A stretch of DNA of 64,000 bases, taken from assembly GCA_050734135.1 (NCBI GenBank), contig JBOHUG010000114.1, positions 38,637-102,636 of the forward strand. The letters run 5' to 3'. Position numbers and translations under genes: made by a program. Below, piece after piece: positions 35,679 to 43,800 of the stretch. The stretch comes from Candidatus Dormibacteria bacterium (GTDB lineage Bacteria > Chloroflexota > Dormibacteria > Aeolococcales > Bog-877). Under the pieces are notes generated by a model that did not search any database, was not told the DNA's origin, and worked only from the letters and a program-made list of their open reading frames with translations. Position 1 is the first letter of the stretch; every line of letters begins with the position of its first letter.

Positions 35679-36590
35679 ATGGAAGTCGTCAAGATCAAGC
35701 CCCGCGGGTACTGCCACGGGGTGGTCGAGGCGGTCCGAGCTCTCCGCCAGGCCGCTGAGGAGCACGAGGGCGAATCCGTGGCGATGCTTGGCTATCTGGT
35801 GCACAACGAGCATGTGACGCGGGAGTTCGCCGACCGCGGCGTGAAACTCATCGACGCTCCCTCCCGGCTGGAGGCGCTGGAGGAGGTCACCGAGGGCACA
35901 GTCGTGCTGACCGCTCATGGAGTATCGCCCGAAGTCAAGGAGCGCGCTCGAGCCAAGGGCTTGAACGTGGTCGATGCCACCTGTAGTGATGTGGTCCGCA
36001 CCCATGACCTGGTCCAACGACTCACCGGTGAGGGTTATTCCGTGATCTACATCGGCAAGGCCGGCCACCCAGAGCCGGAGGGCGTCCTCGGGGAGGCCCC
36101 TGACAGGATCCACCTGGTCCAGTCCCTGGCCGATGTCGACACCCTGGAGATCACCAATCCCAAGCTGGCCGTCACCACCCAGACAACCCTCTCGGTCTGG
36201 GATACCCAGTCGATCATCGAGAAGCTCCGCCTGCGCTTCCCGCACGTCGAAGTACACAACGAGATCTGCAGCGCCACCCAGGACCGGCAGCAAGCAGCGG
36301 TCGAGGCGGCTCGGGAGTGTGATGTAGTGATCGTGGTGGGCAGCGCCCGAAGCAGCAACAGCCAGCGCCTGGTCCAGGTCGTTCATCAACTGGCGAAGCG
36401 GCCCGCCTATCTGGTGGACACCGTCGCCGATCTCCAGCCGGAGTGGTTCATCGGTTGCAATCGGGTGGGAGTCACGTCTGGCGCGTCGACACCCACCGGC
36501 CTGACCCGGGAGGTGATCGCAGCCCTAGAGCTGATGGAGGCACCGCCACCGGTGCCGACCCCGGCCAATTCGGAACCGGCCTCCGCCTGA
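35679..36590 (+). CDS. ispH: 4-hydroxy-3-methylbut-2-enyl diphosphate reductase
   Basis: GYCHGV N-terminal Cys motif, TQTTLS, ICSATQDRQ and SSNS motifs of IspH/LytB. Confidence 0.85.
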   Translation: MEVVKIKPRGYCHGVVEAVRALRQAAEEHEGESVAMLGYLVHNEHVTREFADRGVKLIDAPSRLEALEEVTEGTVVLTAHGVSPEVKERARAKGLNVVDATCSDVVRTHDLVQRLTGEGYSVIYIGKAGHPEPEGVLGEAPDRIHLVQSLADVDTLEITNPKLAVTTQTTLSVWDTQSIIEKLRLRFPHVEVHNEICSATQDRQQAAVEAARECDVVIVVGSARSSNSQRLVQVVHQLAKRPAYLVDTVADLQPEWFIGCNRVGVTSGASTPTGLTREVIAALELMEAPPPVPTPANSEPASA

Positions 36591-37168
36591 CAACATCCTC
36601 CGATGCCGGTTCGCCAATTGGCATCGAAGGGTCCCGGCCCGGGCGCGATCGGTACCATCTCCCCAGGTTGAAAAACTCACCCGGCCGCCCCTTGGTGGCG
36701 GAGCTGGTTGGACCTGCCCCGCGACCTCTCACTCGGGCCAGAATCGCCACCGTGATAGTGGCCGCGGCGCCTCTGGCGGTCCGCCTGGGATGGTGGTGGT
36801 GGAGTCAGAGCCGTCTCCGGGCGGGGGGCGGGAACGCCGCCACTAGATCGGCTCCGGCCGCGATCGAGCACACCGAGGTGGAAATGGTCCAGCGCGCTCT
36901 TGGTCGGTGGCGGCTTCGGGTCGTCAGCACTCGCTGGGTGGTGCCTGTCGCAACCGCCATCTCACCGCCGCCGCGTTCTGGAGCCCAGGCCCGAAGGATA
37001 GTTCGGCTCCTGCGTCTATCCGGCGCGGTACTGGAGGCCAACTCGCGCAATGCGTCCCCGACGCTGCCGCGGCTGCCACCTCCACCCGCGCTGCCTCGCT
37101 CCTAACCCACCGGCGGCCCGGGCCGACGGGATTCCTGCACGATAAGTGATCTGCTAGAAGGGGAGGCG

Positions 37169-38371
37169 ATGATTGCCGTCCGACTCCTGAGCGTGCTCGT
37201 TGGCCTCTACCTGACGCTGGGGACCTTGGGGAGCGTGATTCGGACGGTCATCGTGCCGCGAGCTGTCTCCTCACGGCTCTCCTCGGCGGTGGCGGCCATG
37301 GTCCAGGGGGTGGCCGTTTACGTAGCCCGCACCCAGTCCGACTACATGGCCCGCGACGGGATCCTGGCCCAGGGTGCACCCCTATTCCTGGTGCTGCGGC
37401 TAGTGGTATGGATTGGGCTTCTGGTAGCCGGGTTCAGCCTCCTGTTTTGGGGCAGTAGCTCAGACAGCTTCGCGGAGGCGATACGGCTCAGCTCGTCCTC
37501 GATTCTGCCGTTGGGGATCGCTCGGGCCGGCAGCGGCCTAGAGACCGCCATCGCCTTCCTGGAGTCAGCCTCAGGGGTGATCGTGGTCGCCCTGCAGATC
37601 TCCTATCTGCCCACGCTTTACAGCTCGTTCAATCGACGTGAAACCCTGGTGACCATGCTGGATAGCAGCAGTGGATCTCCGCCCTGGGGACCGGAGATCT
37701 TGGCTCGCCACGCCCTCATCGACAACCTGGAGCACTTAGCCGAGCTATACCGCAACTGGGAGCAGTGGGCGGCCGATGTGGCCGAGAGCCACACCAGCTA
37801 CACCACTTTGCTCTACTTCCGCTCTCCTGAACCCCGGACCTCTTGGACCCTGGCGCTGCTGGCCTGCATGGACGCTGCCGCCATGCAGCTGTCCCTGAAC
37901 CCGCTGACTGCCCCTGCCTCAGCGCGGCCGTTCCTCCGGATGGGAGTGGTTTGTCTTCGCTCACTCTCGAGGGTCACCGGATACACGTTCCCGGCGGACC
38001 CGAGCCCCGACGACCCGATCGAGCTCACCCTGGAGGAGTTCCAGTTCGGAGTGAACCGGGTACTCAAGGTCGGCTGGGAGGCCGAGCGGACCGCTGAAGA
38101 GGCGTGGCCCCACTTCCGCGGCTGGCGTGTGAACTACGAGAGCCTGGCCCATCACCTGGCCACTCTGGTCGACGCGCCGCCGGGGCCGTGGTCGGGCACA
38201 AGGAAGGGGCAGTTAGAGTCATCCTTGGTCCCGGTGAGACCGCCCCACAGAGCCCCGAGCAAGGAGGTGGAGAGCGTGCTTCAGGTCACCCAGCAACGCC
38301 GCGCTCACCGGGCGGCTCGCAAGCAGAAGCCGGGCCCCGCGGCATCTACCGAGAAGCTGGGCGAACAGTAG
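37169..38371 (+). CDS. Hypothetical membrane protein
   Basis: 400 aa, 4 or more N-terminal TM helices, then a soluble domain. No recognisable motif. Confidence 0.45.
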   Translation: MIAVRLLSVLVGLYLTLGTLGSVIRTVIVPRAVSSRLSSAVAAMVQGVAVYVARTQSDYMARDGILAQGAPLFLVLRLVVWIGLLVAGFSLLFWGSSSDSFAEAIRLSSSSILPLGIARAGSGLETAIAFLESASGVIVVALQISYLPTLYSSFNRRETLVTMLDSSSGSPPWGPEILARHALIDNLEHLAELYRNWEQWAADVAESHTSYTTLLYFRSPEPRTSWTLALLACMDAAAMQLSLNPLTAPASARPFLRMGVVCLRSLSRVTGYTFPADPSPDDPIELTLEEFQFGVNRVLKVGWEAERTAEEAWPHFRGWRVNYESLAHHLATLVDAPPGPWSGTRKGQLESSLVPVRPPHRAPSKEVESVLQVTQQRRAHRAARKQKPGPAASTEKLGEQ

Positions 38372-38401
38372 GTACGCTGGCTTCCCCCGGTCGCTGAGAA
38401 G

Positions 38402-40042
38402 CTAGACCGCCACTTCGGCGACCTGCGCCGGCGAGGCGAGCAGATAGGAGTGGCCCCCGGCGCGCTTGACCACGTACATGGCAGAGTCCGCCTCCTGTAG
38501 AACCTCCATCAGGCGCGAGTCCGCTGACCCGCAGGCGCCGCCAATGCTGACGCTCGGGGCTACCCCATCGACCAGGGTCAGCTTCAGGGCCTCGAGAATC
38601 CGCTGGGCGGTGTGCCCCGCGCCCTCCGCCGTGGCATCCAGCAGGAAGGCGGCGAACTCGTCACCCCCGGTCCGCGCCATCAGGTCTCCTTTGCGCATGA
38701 CCCTGGTCGTGGCCTGGGCAATGCCGATCAGCAGGGAGTCGCCGGTGGCGTGACCGAAGGTGTCGTTCACGGATTTCAGCCCGTCCACGTCGAGGGCGAG
38801 CACCGCGAAGCTGCGGCGACCGCCGAGCTGGGCAACCGCTTCCTCCAGGCCTCGACGGTTGGTCAGCCCGGTCAGCGGATCCGTGACCGCTTCCTTTCGG
38901 CTAATCTGCAGGGCCAGCGCGTTGGAGAGAGCCAACGCGACGATGTTGCCCAGGGAAAGGGCCCGGGTGAAGAGTTCGTCAGAGATGGCCACGCCCCGGG
39001 CCGAGACCGTAAGTACCCCGTGAAGCACCCCGTTGGGCGAAATCGGGATCCAGGCCCCGTGGGTGGTGCCAGTGCTCAAGAGATTGGCCCGGAGAGTTGG
39101 GCCGACGGCATTGAGGTCATAGGCTCCGCACGCTGGGTTGCCGGTGCGCACCACCTCGGCGAGATACGGGTGCTCCGACAGCGGGTACTTGGAGGCTGAG
39201 CGCTGGTTGGACTCGTCGAATTCCCATTCCCCGGTGGCCGTGTCTCCGTCAATCCGGAAGTACTTCGCTCGCCGACCCGGCACTCCCGGAGGCGAGACCA
39301 TGACCGCAGCTAACAAGCAGGCCTCGGATAGCACCGTGTCCGGCTGGAGCAGCGAGCTGAGGTGTTGGGCTGCCTGACTCAGACCGTCAGCCTGGCGAAG
39401 AGACTCTTCCCGCTCGGCGAGCGCTCGATGCAGTCGATCCCTGAGACGGTGCGTAGCGACGGTGATGACGACGCTGGCGGCTCCCCAGAACGCTGCCCGC
39501 CGCGCCATCGTCAAGAACGGTTCGTGCTCCGCGATGGAGAGCCCGACGATGGCCAACACGCAGCCGGCGATGACGACGACTGATTCCCACTTGTGCAAGT
39601 AGAGAGCGGTCCAGAGCACTGGCACCAGGAAGATTGGCAGCATCCCGGTCTCGACGGTGCCGACCGAGATGATGATCAGAGTAGCCGACGCCACGTAGAC
39701 CAGGGAAGGCAGGACCGCCGTCCATTTGGGGTATTCCCGCCAGGGGAGCGCGTTGGCAGCACAGACAACCCCCAGCAGGAAGGTGCCGGCCGCGAACGGC
39801 ACGCCATACCTGGGTCCGGAGGGAAGGGCAGCGCTGACGTCGGCGATCACGGCCAGAGCCATGAAGGGCAGGGAACGCCCGAGTAGTTGCCTTCTCTCCC
39901 TGGAGAGCGAGAGTTGAGCTTGGCTGCGCTCCATCACGGCGCGGAGCTGTAGCGGCGCCGTGCTGGTCGATCTGGCTGGGGTGTTCACGGGTCGATCCGA
40001 TTCTGCCGCCCGGTCCCCAGTTCTGATGAACGAAAATGCCAC
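38402..40042 (-). CDS. Membrane-bound sensor diguanylate cyclase (TM + GAF-like + GGDEF)
   Basis: Six or more TM helices, a central sensory region, C-terminal GGDEF domain with RxGGDEF active site (TGGDEFAAFL) and upstream DxLTGL motif. Confidence 0.8.
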   Translation of the reverse strand: MAFSFIRTGDRAAESDRPVNTPARSTSTAPLQLRAVMERSQAQLSLSRERRQLLGRSLPFMALAVIADVSAALPSGPRYGVPFAAGTFLLGVVCAANALPWREYPKWTAVLPSLVYVASATLIIISVGTVETGMLPIFLVPVLWTALYLHKWESVVVIAGCVLAIVGLSIAEHEPFLTMARRAAFWGAASVVITVATHRLRDRLHRALAEREESLRQADGLSQAAQHLSSLLQPDTVLSEACLLAAVMVSPPGVPGRRAKYFRIDGDTATGEWEFDESNQRSASKYPLSEHPYLAEVVRTGNPACGAYDLNAVGPTLRANLLSTGTTHGAWIPISPNGVLHGVLTVSARGVAISDELFTRALSLGNIVALALSNALALQISRKEAVTDPLTGLTNRRGLEEAVAQLGGRRSFAVLALDVDGLKSVNDTFGHATGDSLLIGIAQATTRVMRKGDLMARTGGDEFAAFLLDATAEGAGHTAQRILEALKLTLVDGVAPSVSIGGACGSADSRLMEVLQEADSAMYVVKRAGGHSYLLASPAQVAEVAV

Positions 40043-40151
40043 AGGATCGTCCCGATCACCCGCGCCGGCGCTCGATTCGAAGGCGGCGCTAAGCCGCCGT
40101 CACGACTTCCACCGTCGTTCCGACCCGATCGGGCTCTGCACGTGGAAGTAG

Positions 40152-40545
40152 TTGAGCATCTCCTTCGCCGAGTACGTACTGAGCGCCGTCTTCAGCCTGA
40201 TAGCGATTCGGCAGCTGCGCGGCCAACGGTTGGCGGGAATCAGGCTCTGTTTCCCCCGGCTGGCAGTCGCGGTGGTCTCCGTGAACTACCTGCACGGGAT
40301 CCCCACGAGGGGCAACGACCTGATGGTGGTGGCTGGGGGAGCACTGGTGGGCTAAGTTCTTGGGGGCGCTCCGCGCAAACTTCACCACGGTGAATCCCGG
40401 TCCTGGGGACATTTTCTACGCCAAGGCGGGCTGGCTCGCGGCCTTCTTCTGGATCCTCGGAGTGAGCGCCCGGTTGGGCTTCGCCCTCTACGCCAAGAAC
40501 GACGGTGGGATCTCGATTGCCCGGTTCAGCGCCTCCCCGACCTGA
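40152..40545 (+). pseudogene. Possible small membrane-protein gene split by a frameshift (two adjacent short ORFs), uncertain
   Basis: ORFs 40152..40355 and 40360..40545 are both hydrophobic and separated by 4 nt in different frames. It could also be two real micro-ORFs or noise. Confidence 0.2.
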
Positions 40546-40839
40546 CCGGAACCGCCTGGGCACCTTGACCGATCCTAATGACCCTGGGGGAATTCGTCAG
40601 GCGGAGCGGGATCCCCATCGTTCGCGCCTACTGGCCAGCTCTGAGGAGCCACTCAAGTGCCGCCATCTCGAGTGAGAAGGCGTGAACTGGAATGAGTGGC
40701 GACTTCGACTCCGGGTCGAACTCAAAGTGAGATGGAGCGAAACCGGATGGACGCTTTGGTTAGATACGAAAGTGAAGTCAAGGGGGTGCATTGCCTCCGT
40801 AGGGAGACACGCCACTGCACAATGGTGGGTACGTGCACA

Positions 40840-40990
40840 CCTCCGGTCCATTTCGTATTCACGCGCACGGGGTATTGAAGACGGGAGTGAATCACGCGCC
40901 CCGAACCCCATTGAGGGCGCCACCGCCGCGGGGCAAGTCCCAGTACGAACTTGTAACTGAACTTGCAGCCCACCGTGATCGCTGTTAGAG
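40840..40990 (+). promoter_or_regulatory. Candidate ydaO-type (c-di-AMP) riboswitch / structured leader of the second coiled-coil CHAP hydrolase gene
   Basis: Inside a locally GC-poor 430-nt ORF-free leader: ...CACGGGGUAUUGAAGACGGGAGUGAAUCACGCGCCCCGAACCCCAUUGAGGGCGCCACCGCCGCGGGGCAAGUCCCAG... It shares ACGGGG / GUGAAUC / CCCA elements with the leader at 22955. Confidence 0.25.
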
Positions 40991-41027
40991 TCGAGGGTCG
41001 AGACACTCCCATCTCACGTTCCAGCCT

Positions 41028-42173
41028 ATGTCTCAAGTCCGAATCAAGCGAGTCCTACGCGCCGCAGCCCAGTTGGGCATGTTCGGAATCGCCGCCATGG
41101 CGGCATCACTAGTCACCACCGGTCCGGCGTCCGCCAGCTATGCGACGGAGATCCAACAACTCAAGGCTCAGCAGGCGTCGCTACTCCAGCAGCTAGGTTC
41201 TCTGCAGGGTGCGGCTTCGACCGTCGGCCAGGAAGCCGCAGCCACTCAAACTCAGATCACCGCTGTTCAGACACAACTTACTCAGGACGAAACTGAGCTC
41301 AGCCAGGTGACTGGTGAGCTGGACCAGACCAAAGCGCAGCTCGTGGCGACCCGGGCTCAGATGGCGAAGGACCGTTCGCAGCTGGCGGATCTAGTCACCA
41401 TCCTCTACCAGCGGGACGGCAGCGACTCGATGGCTGCCGCCATCGCCGACAGTTCGAGCATCTCCAAATTGGTGGACGACACAGTCGACCTCCAGACTGT
41501 TCGGGCGCAGTTCGACTCTCTGACGCAACAGCTGATCGCGGACGCTAATGCGCTCAAAAAACTCCAGGCGCAGCAGCAGGCGCAGGAGCAGCAGGTCAAC
41601 ACCCTGGTGAACACAGTTCAGGGCCAAGAGGACCAATTGCAAACGCAGGAGAGTCAACTGACCACGGAGCAGAACAGTCTGACGGGTCAGGCGGCCACCA
41701 TCTCCGCACAGGTGCAGCAGATCTCGGCACAAATCGTGGTGCTTGAGGACGACTCAGCTGCGGGCGGAAGTGGAAGTGGCTCATTTGGCGAGATCGTAAA
41801 TGCGTGTAACGGGTGTTACAGCGGACCCTATCTCAGCCCTCCTCAGAACGACTACACCCCGGTAGGTCAGTGCACTTGGTTCGTGGCCACCCACGCGATC
41901 ATCGGATGGCGCGCGAATGCGGATGACTGGATCGCCGACGATAGTGAATACCCGATCGGAAGTACGCCGCAAGTTGGTTCGATCGTTGTTTTTATCCCCG
42001 GGTACAATCGCTTCTACAGCGACTTGGGCCATGTGGCCTGGGTCGTGGCTATCGGTGGGGGGTCTAGTGGCACCCAGTTCACTGTAGAAGAAGACAATGT
42101 TGAAAGCGGTGGCCTAGAGGACATGCGCATCATCCCTAACACCAGCGGAGTCATGGGCTTCATCTACCCGTAA
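41028..42173 (+). CDS. Secreted coiled-coil + CHAP-domain peptidoglycan hydrolase (PcsB/RipC-like), paralog of 23094
   Basis: Signal peptide, ~230 aa Q-rich coiled coil, Gly linker, CHAP motifs GQCTWFVATHA...GSIVVF...GHVAWVV. Confidence 0.75.
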   Translation: MSQVRIKRVLRAAAQLGMFGIAAMAASLVTTGPASASYATEIQQLKAQQASLLQQLGSLQGAASTVGQEAAATQTQITAVQTQLTQDETELSQVTGELDQTKAQLVATRAQMAKDRSQLADLVTILYQRDGSDSMAAAIADSSSISKLVDDTVDLQTVRAQFDSLTQQLIADANALKKLQAQQQAQEQQVNTLVNTVQGQEDQLQTQESQLTTEQNSLTGQAATISAQVQQISAQIVVLEDDSAAGGSGSGSFGEIVNACNGCYSGPYLSPPQNDYTPVGQCTWFVATHAIIGWRANADDWIADDSEYPIGSTPQVGSIVVFIPGYNRFYSDLGHVAWVVAIGGGSSGTQFTVEEDNVESGGLEDMRIIPNTSGVMGFIYP

Positions 42174-42210
42174 TCGATGTCGTCTTCGCAGAGGGGGTAC
42201 CGTACTGGTT

Positions 42211-43077
42211 ATGTCAGCGCTTAAGCGCCCCGCGGCTGCGGTTCCGCCGAGCACGCGACCTATGATCGTCTACCACGGCGACTGCCCTGACGGCTTCGGG
42301 GCAGCCTTCGCCGCCTGGAAGCGGTATGGCGAAGCGGCCGACTATGTCCCTGTCAGCCATGGCGATCCTCCCCCAAAAACGACAGGGCGGCATGTCCTGA
42401 TGGCTGACTTTGCCTACGACCGGGAAGTTACCGAAAAGCTGGCTGAGTCCGCGGCGAGTCTCGTGGTCCTGGATCATCATCGGTCGGCAGCCAGCGAACT
42501 GGCGGATCTTCCCTACTGCGTCTTCGACATGAACCGCAGTGGTGCCGTGATGGCCTGGCAGTACCTCCACGAGGAACCAGTCCCCGCGCTGCTTCGCTAC
42601 GTCCAGGATCGGGACCTGTGGCGTCATGATCTACCTGAAAGCGAAGAGGTGTCGGCCGCCTTGCGAGCCCATGACTTTGACTTCAAAACATGGGACTCCA
42701 TCGATGTCGACCAGCTACGCGTAGAAGGTCGTGCCCTGCTCCGCTATCAGCGCCGCATGGTCGAGCGCGTTGCCGCACACGCCAGTATGGTCGACATCCT
42801 CGGAACGGTGGTCCCCACGGTAAACAGCGCGGTGCTGCAGAGTGAGCTGGGCGATGTTCTCGCCACCGGACACCCCTTTGCCGGCGTGTGGTGGCAGGGA
42901 AGCGGAGACCTGGCTCGCTGGTCTCTGCGCTCGACCCCTGGGGGGGTGGATGTCAGCCTGATCGCGGCCCGGTACGGTGGCGGCGGTCACCGAACTGCGG
43001 CTGGGTTCAAGGGGCCGGTGCCGAAGGCTGGGAAGTTGGCGCCGCCTCCCGAGAACGAGGCTCCGACTCGGCCCTAG
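42211..43077 (+). CDS. DHH/DHHA1-family phosphoesterase (NrnA / c-di-AMP-pApA phosphodiesterase-like)
   Basis: DHH motif (VVLDHHRS), Asp-rich N-terminal motifs (HGDCPDGFGAA) and the DHHA1 GGGH motif (YGGGGHRTAAGF). Confidence 0.7.
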   Translation: MSALKRPAAAVPPSTRPMIVYHGDCPDGFGAAFAAWKRYGEAADYVPVSHGDPPPKTTGRHVLMADFAYDREVTEKLAESAASLVVLDHHRSAASELADLPYCVFDMNRSGAVMAWQYLHEEPVPALLRYVQDRDLWRHDLPESEEVSAALRAHDFDFKTWDSIDVDQLRVEGRALLRYQRRMVERVAAHASMVDILGTVVPTVNSAVLQSELGDVLATGHPFAGVWWQGSGDLARWSLRSTPGGVDVSLIAARYGGGGHRTAAGFKGPVPKAGKLAPPPENEAPTRP

Positions 43078-43637
43078 GGGAGTTCCTCCTGATCCAGTAG
43101 CTCGCCCGGGTTGGGCACGGGCCGCGCCCCCACCCTGAGTCCGTCCTCGGGATCCAGGTCGAGCAGGAACTGGTGGCACCGGGACGCTTCGTCCTCCTCC
43201 CCCAGGGCGGCGGCGGACAGCATCAGAAGATAGAGACTCCGGAGAAAGCCCTGGTTCGTCGGCTCCGACCAATGCACCTGGCCAGTGCCGCCCCAACCGC
43301 TCTTGCGCAAACGATCGAGTCCCCGGTGATATCCGACCCGGGAGTAGGCGTACGCGGCGACCGGGTCGCCGCCGGCATAGGCAGCCTCGGCGAGCCTGGC
43401 CCAGCCGTCGAGAAAGGTCGGATTCTCGCCACACAACTGGCTCAGGAGTACCCGGCGATCTGGCCCCGGGGCGTCCCCTACCGAACCCAAGATGAGCGCT
43501 AGGGTCGAAATCGCCCGGGGATTCTCCACCGGGAGCACGGTCTGGTGGGTCGCCTGGATCTGGTGTCCGTGAGGCGCAACCGGCAGGGTAGTCAGGGGTC
43601 GCTGCGGGTTGTTTGGCTGATCTGGTGTACTGCTCAC
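43074..43637 (-). CDS. DUF3151-family protein (actinobacterial conserved hypothetical)
   Basis: 187 aa; conserved block LGENPTFLDGWARLAEAAY...AYAYSRVGYHRGLD recalls DUF3151. Confidence 0.5.
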   Translation of the reverse strand: MSSTPDQPNNPQRPLTTLPVAPHGHQIQATHQTVLPVENPRAISTLALILGSVGDAPGPDRRVLLSQLCGENPTFLDGWARLAEAAYAGGDPVAAYAYSRVGYHRGLDRLRKSGWGGTGQVHWSEPTNQGFLRSLYLLMLSAAALGEEDEASRCHQFLLDLDPEDGLRVGARPVPNPGELLDQEELP

Positions 43638-43673
43638 CGCTCCCCTTTAGATGGCCGCCAGCGGCGGCGACTG

Positions 43674-43750
43674 TGGTACCCCGTAGCGGATTCGAACCGC
43701 TGATCTCCGCCTTGAGAGGGCGGTGTCCTTGGCCACTAGACGAACGGGGC
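43674..43750 (-). tRNA. tRNA-Glu (anticodon CUC)
   Basis: Reverse complement reads GCCCCGUUCGUCUAGUGGCCAAGGACACCGCCCUCUCAAGGCGGAGAUCAGCGGUUCGAAUCCGCUACGGGGUACCA. 7-bp acceptor, D and T arms (GGUUCGAAUCC), anticodon loop CUCUCAA, encoded CCA. Confidence 0.85.
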
Positions 43751-43800
43751 GAGAGTGCTCAAGGCAGTCCCGACTCCTCCGTCGATCAGTATATGGGCGG

